From contig DASSEV010000004.1 in NCBI GenBank assembly GCA_035695105.1, positions 21,757 to 85,756 of the forward strand: a stretch of DNA of 64,000 bases, written 5' to 3'. Position numbers and translations under genes: made by a program. Below are positions 60,945 to 64,000 of the stretch, piece by piece; within the stretch, counting starts at the first letter, position 1; each line of letters starts with the position of its first letter. Under the pieces are notes generated by a model that made no database searches, was not told where the DNA came from, and saw nothing but the letters and a program-made list of their open reading frames with translations. The DNA is from Gaiellales bacterium. Its GTDB lineage: Bacteria > Actinomycetota > Thermoleophilia > Gaiellales > JAICJC01.

Positions 60945-61244
60945 TCAGCCGGTGCTGCGCAGGGCCGGCCGGGCCAGCTCCACCACCATGTCTCCGAGCG
61001 TGCGCACGGCGGCCGGGTCGAGCGAGTAGCAGATCTGCGTGCCGCGCCTGCGGGTGGTGACGAGCCCCGCCTCGCGCAGCACGCGCAGGTGCTGGCTGAT
61101 CGTCGGCTGGCTGACCCCGAACTCCTCCGCGAAGTCGCAGGCGCATGTCTCCGGCTCGTTCGAGAGGCGCATGGCGATGCCCAGCCGGACCGGGTGCCCG
61201 AGCGCCTTCATCCGGGCCGCGCCCTCGGTGATCTCGTTCGCCAT
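60945..61244 (-). CDS. ArsR/SmtB family metalloregulator-type repressor
   Basis: Track ORF 99 aa, ...LGHPVRLGIAMRLSNEPETCACDFAEEFGVSQPTISQHLRVLREAGLV... Contains a CxC motif in the alpha3 position. Confidence 0.9.
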   Translation of the reverse strand: MANEITEGAARMKALGHPVRLGIAMRLSNEPETCACDFAEEFGVSQPTISQHLRVLREAGLVTTRRRGTQICYSLDPAAVRTLGDMVVELARPALRSTG

Positions 61245-61262
61245 GAGCGCATCGTAGCGGAT

Positions 61263-61284
61263 CTATAGTAGTCTGCCTATATAG
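61263..61284. promoter_or_regulatory. AT-rich divergent promoter/operator region between arsR and the transketolase genes
   Basis: CTATAGTAGTCTGCCTATATAG with palindromic hexamers CTATAG and TATATA. TATATA ends 11 nt before the tkt ATG, and no SD is present, so the transcript is near-leaderless. TACTAT on the minus strand lies 20 nt before the arsR ATG. Confidence 0.4.
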
Positions 61285-61294
61285 TCATCAAACG

Positions 61295-61984
61295 ATGAAT
61301 GACCCAGCCGCCAAGAGCACGCTCGATCGGGGAGAGATCGTCCGCCTCGCCGCCCTCGCAACCGGCGACGAGAAGCACGAGGCCTCCAGCTACTCCACGC
61401 TGGATGCCCTGATGGTGCTCTACGGCCGGGTGCTGCGCGTCGACCCTGCCGATCCGCACTGGGAGGGCCGCGACCGCTTCATCCTCAGCAAGGGCCACGG
61501 CCCGGCGGCGTACTACGCCGTGCTGTGCCATCGCGGCTTCTTCCCCGAGGACTGGCTGGCCGGGTTCATGCGAGCGGAGGGCCGCCTGGGCGGCCATCCC
61601 GACCGTCTGCTCGTTCCCGGCGTCGAGGCGTCCACCGGGTCGCTCGGGCACGGCCTCGCCCTGGGCGTGGGCGTGGCGCTCGCGCTCCGCGCCAAGACGT
61701 CGCCGAGCCGCGTCGTCGTGCTCACCGGAGATGCGGAGCTGAACGAGGGATCGAACTGGGAGGCGGTCATCGCAGCTCCCCACCTCGGGCTCGACAACCT
61801 CACCCTGCTCCTCATCGACAACGGCTCGACGACGCCGGCGCTCCGGCCGATCGGTGCGCGGCTGTCGCCCTTCGGGTGGGACGTGGAGGAGGTCGACGGC
61901 CGGGGCCACGCCGAGCTCGAGCGGTCGCTCTCCCGCAGGCCGGGCCGGCCGACCGCAACCATCGCGCGGATCGGAGAGCCGTGA
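61295..61984 (+). CDS. Transketolase, N-terminal (TPP-binding) subunit of a split enzyme
   Basis: Track ORF 229 aa, ...RDRFILSKGHGPAAYYAVL...GSLGHGLALGVGVA...LTGDAELNEGSNWEA. Confidence 0.9.
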   Translation: MNDPAAKSTLDRGEIVRLAALATGDEKHEASSYSTLDALMVLYGRVLRVDPADPHWEGRDRFILSKGHGPAAYYAVLCHRGFFPEDWLAGFMRAEGRLGGHPDRLLVPGVEASTGSLGHGLALGVGVALALRAKTSPSRVVVLTGDAELNEGSNWEAVIAAPHLGLDNLTLLLIDNGSTTPALRPIGARLSPFGWDVEEVDGRGHAELERSLSRRPGRPTATIARIGEP

Positions 61985-62865
61985 CGGCGGACATGCGCAC
62001 CCGGGCGGCAGAGACCGTCTGCGAGCTGTTCGTGGACGATCCGCGGGTGGCCGTCGTGCTCGCGGACATCAGCACCGACAGGTTCGCCCCCGCCCTGCGG
62101 CACGACCCCTCTCGCGCGGTCAACCTCGGGATCATGGAGCAGACGATGGTCGGCGTCGCCGCGGGCTTTGCGATGGAGGGCTTCCACCCCGTGATGCACA
62201 CCATCGCCCCGTTCGTGGCCGAGCGCGCGCTGGAGCAGCTGAAGCTGGACTTCGGCAACCAGGAGCTCGGCGGCCTGGTGATCACCGTCGGCGGGTCGTA
62301 TGACTACGCATCCGAGGGAACCACGCACCATTCGCCGGGCGACGTCCAGGCGCTGCTCACGATTGCGGCGGCCGACGTGCTCGTGCCCGGCACCGGCGAC
62401 GAGGCGGCCGCGCTCATCCGTGCGACGTACGACGACGGCCGGCTGACCTACCTGCGCACGCAGGTCACGGCGAACGCCCGGCCGCGCACGGTCGAGCATG
62501 GGCGCATCTCGGTGGAGCGTTCCGGGGCCGGGCCGACGGTGATCGCGGTCGGCCCGATGCTCGACCGCACCCTCGCGGCGGTCGCCGACCGCGACGTGAC
62601 CGTGCTCTACGCGACCACGGTGTCCCCGTTCGACGGGGAGGGGCTCCGCGCGGCGATGAGCGGCGACGAGGTGGTCGTGGTCGAGCCGATGCTCGCCGGC
62701 ACGCTGTCCCCGCTGGTTGCAGCTGCGCTCGTCGACCGCCCGGTCCGGATCCGGTCGATCGGCGTGCCCCGTGAGGTGATCCGCGCCTACGGCACGCCTG
62801 AGCAGCTGGACGCCGCTGTGGGCCTCGACACCGCCGGGATTCGGACACAGCTGCTCGGGGAATGA
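61981..62865 (+). CDS. Transketolase, C-terminal (Pyr/C-terminal domain) subunit
   Basis: GTG at 61981 overlaps the upstream stop (GTGA), within track ORF 61525..62865. Reads ...NLGIMEQTMVGVAAGFAMEGFHPVMHTIAPF... Confidence 0.88.
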   Translation: MTADMRTRAAETVCELFVDDPRVAVVLADISTDRFAPALRHDPSRAVNLGIMEQTMVGVAAGFAMEGFHPVMHTIAPFVAERALEQLKLDFGNQELGGLVITVGGSYDYASEGTTHHSPGDVQALLTIAAADVLVPGTGDEAAALIRATYDDGRLTYLRTQVTANARPRTVEHGRISVERSGAGPTVIAVGPMLDRTLAAVADRDVTVLYATTVSPFDGEGLRAAMSGDEVVVVEPMLAGTLSPLVAAALVDRPVRIRSIGVPREVIRAYGTPEQLDAAVGLDTAGIRTQLLGE

Positions 62866-62874
62866 TCCCTCTCC

Positions 62875-63453
62875 ATGAGCAACCTGATGATCATCATCGC
62901 CAGCACCCGCCCGGGCCGCGTCGGTCTGCCGGTGGGTGAGTGGTTCGCCGGCCGGGCGCGAGAACACGGCGCCTTCGACGTTACGGTCGCCGACCTCGCC
63001 GAGTGGAACCTGCCGTTCCTCGACGAGCCGGACCACCCGCGGCTGCACGAGTACGTCCAGCCGCACACCGAGCGGTGGAGCGAGGCCGTGGATGCCTGCG
63101 ACGCCTTCGTCTTCGTCATGCCGGAGTACAACCACGGCATCAACGCCCCGCTCAAGAACGCGATCGACTACCTCCACAACGAGTGGGCGCGAAAGCCCGT
63201 CGCGTTCGTCTCCTACGGCGGCGTCGCCGCGGGCACGCGGGCGGTGCAGATGACCAAGCAGATCGTCGTCTCGCTGCGGATGGTGCCACTCAACGACGCC
63301 GTTTCGATCCCGTTCGTGAAGACGATGATCGGCGACGACGGCGCGTTCCATCCAACCGACACGGTCGAGCAGGCGGTCGATCCGATGCTCGACGAGCTGG
63401 CCGCCGTGGCGACGGCCATGCGGTCGGTGCGCGAGTCGGCACAGCCGGTCTGA
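62875..63453 (+). CDS. NAD(P)H-dependent FMN reductase family protein
   Basis: Track ORF 192 aa, MSNLMIIIASTRPGRVG...FVFVMPEYNHGINAPLKNAIDY. Confidence 0.88.
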   Translation: MSNLMIIIASTRPGRVGLPVGEWFAGRAREHGAFDVTVADLAEWNLPFLDEPDHPRLHEYVQPHTERWSEAVDACDAFVFVMPEYNHGINAPLKNAIDYLHNEWARKPVAFVSYGGVAAGTRAVQMTKQIVVSLRMVPLNDAVSIPFVKTMIGDDGAFHPTDTVEQAVDPMLDELAAVATAMRSVRESAQPV

Positions 63454-63626
63454 TTCCGGTTGACACCTGCGGGAACCCCTGCGACGGTACCGTGGTGGGT
63501 CACCCCGACTCTGGAGGCTTCTCGGCTTGATTGGCACGGCACGACTGGTCGAACTGTGGGACGACCGCTCGCTCGCCCTCGGGGGCAGGCTCCGGGCGGC
63601 GGTGCCGTGATGGAGGAGCTCGCACC

Positions 63627-64000
63627 CTGAGCCAGCGCATCGAGGACTACGCGCTGATCGGTGACCTGCAGACGGCGGCGCTCGTCGGGCGGGACGCCTC
63701 GATCGACTGGTGCTGCTTCCCCCGCTTCGACTCGGGTGCGTGCTTCGCGCGACTGCTGGGCGACGAGAAGCACGGGCGCTGGCTGCTCGCCCCGCGCAGC
63801 GGCATCACCGCCTCACAGCGGCGCTACCGGCACGACACGCTGATCCTGGAATCGGTCTACGAGTGCGCCGAGGGCCGCGTCCGCGCTATCGACTTCATGC
63901 CGCCGCGGGGCGAGGATCCGGACATCGTCCGCATCGTCGAGGGGCTGGACGGCGAGGTGCCGATGCGCTCCGAGCTGGTGATCCGGTTCGACTACGGCAG
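63627..64000 (+). CDS. Glycoside hydrolase family 15 (glucoamylase/trehalase-like), N-terminal part; runs off the window
   Basis: Frame reads LSQRIEDYALIGDLQTAALVGRDASIDWCCFPRFDSGACFARLLG... A possible CTG start at 63627 lies 9 nt after GGAGGAG. The start is uncertain. Confidence 0.75.
   Translation, partial: MSQRIEDYALIGDLQTAALVGRDASIDWCCFPRFDSGACFARLLGDEKHGRWLLAPRSGITASQRRYRHDTLILESVYECAEGRVRAIDFMPPRGEDPDIVRIVEGLDGEVPMRSELVIRFDYG

Overview
High-GC (core roughly 70-80% by eye) actinobacterial-type chromosome segment; the taxon is an inference, possibly Thermoleophilia-like.

Layout:
- 1-16.7 kb, all minus strand: the canonical ribosomal/RNAP super-operon region, in the order rpmG-secE-nusG-rplK-rplA-rplJ-rplL ... 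rpoB-rpoC ... rpsL-rpsG-fusA. It has three oddities. A RAYT-type Y1 transposase gene with REP-like repeats sits between rpoC and rpsL. Beta-prime carries a ~290-aa helical insertion that contains an internal duplication. An NlpC/P60 gene plus a lipoprotein gene lie between rplL and rpoB.
- 16.8-40 kb: accessory metabolism and transport. This includes an ArsR-SRPBCC operon, a PD40 beta-propeller protein with a His-rich tail, an ABC-2 exporter, an amidase/aminotransferase pair, an antiporter and GMC plus OYE-type flavoenzymes. There are also two metal loci with three CDF transporters, SHOCT, DUF4396 and truncated hemoglobin.
- About 40.0-54.2 kb: looks like a composite, decayed genomic island at a tRNA-Met(CAU) gene. 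The evidence is an exact 48-nt duplication of the tRNA 3' half, a tyrosine-integrase remnant, broken genes and visibly lower GC.
- 54.3-64 kb: core-like genes, including M42 peptidase, DUF1206, a PhoD/PAP2/PAP2/lipid-kinase cluster, ArsR with a split transketolase, and a GH15 start.

Cargo of the putative island:
- A rhizobial-style cyclase-TPR protein.
- A compact, translationally coupled glycan operon: two GT4, an epimerase, an ABC-exporter::glycosyltransferase fusion, two paralogous small secreted proteins of unknown family, and ugd.
- A 2-kb att-bounded mini-element encoding an uncharacterised soluble-domain + 5TM protein and a truncated STAS gene.

The glycan operon and the mini-element are my best candidates for something undescribed, but every functional reading is inference from motifs read by eye. 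No CRISPR array, rRNA or intact IS element was seen.
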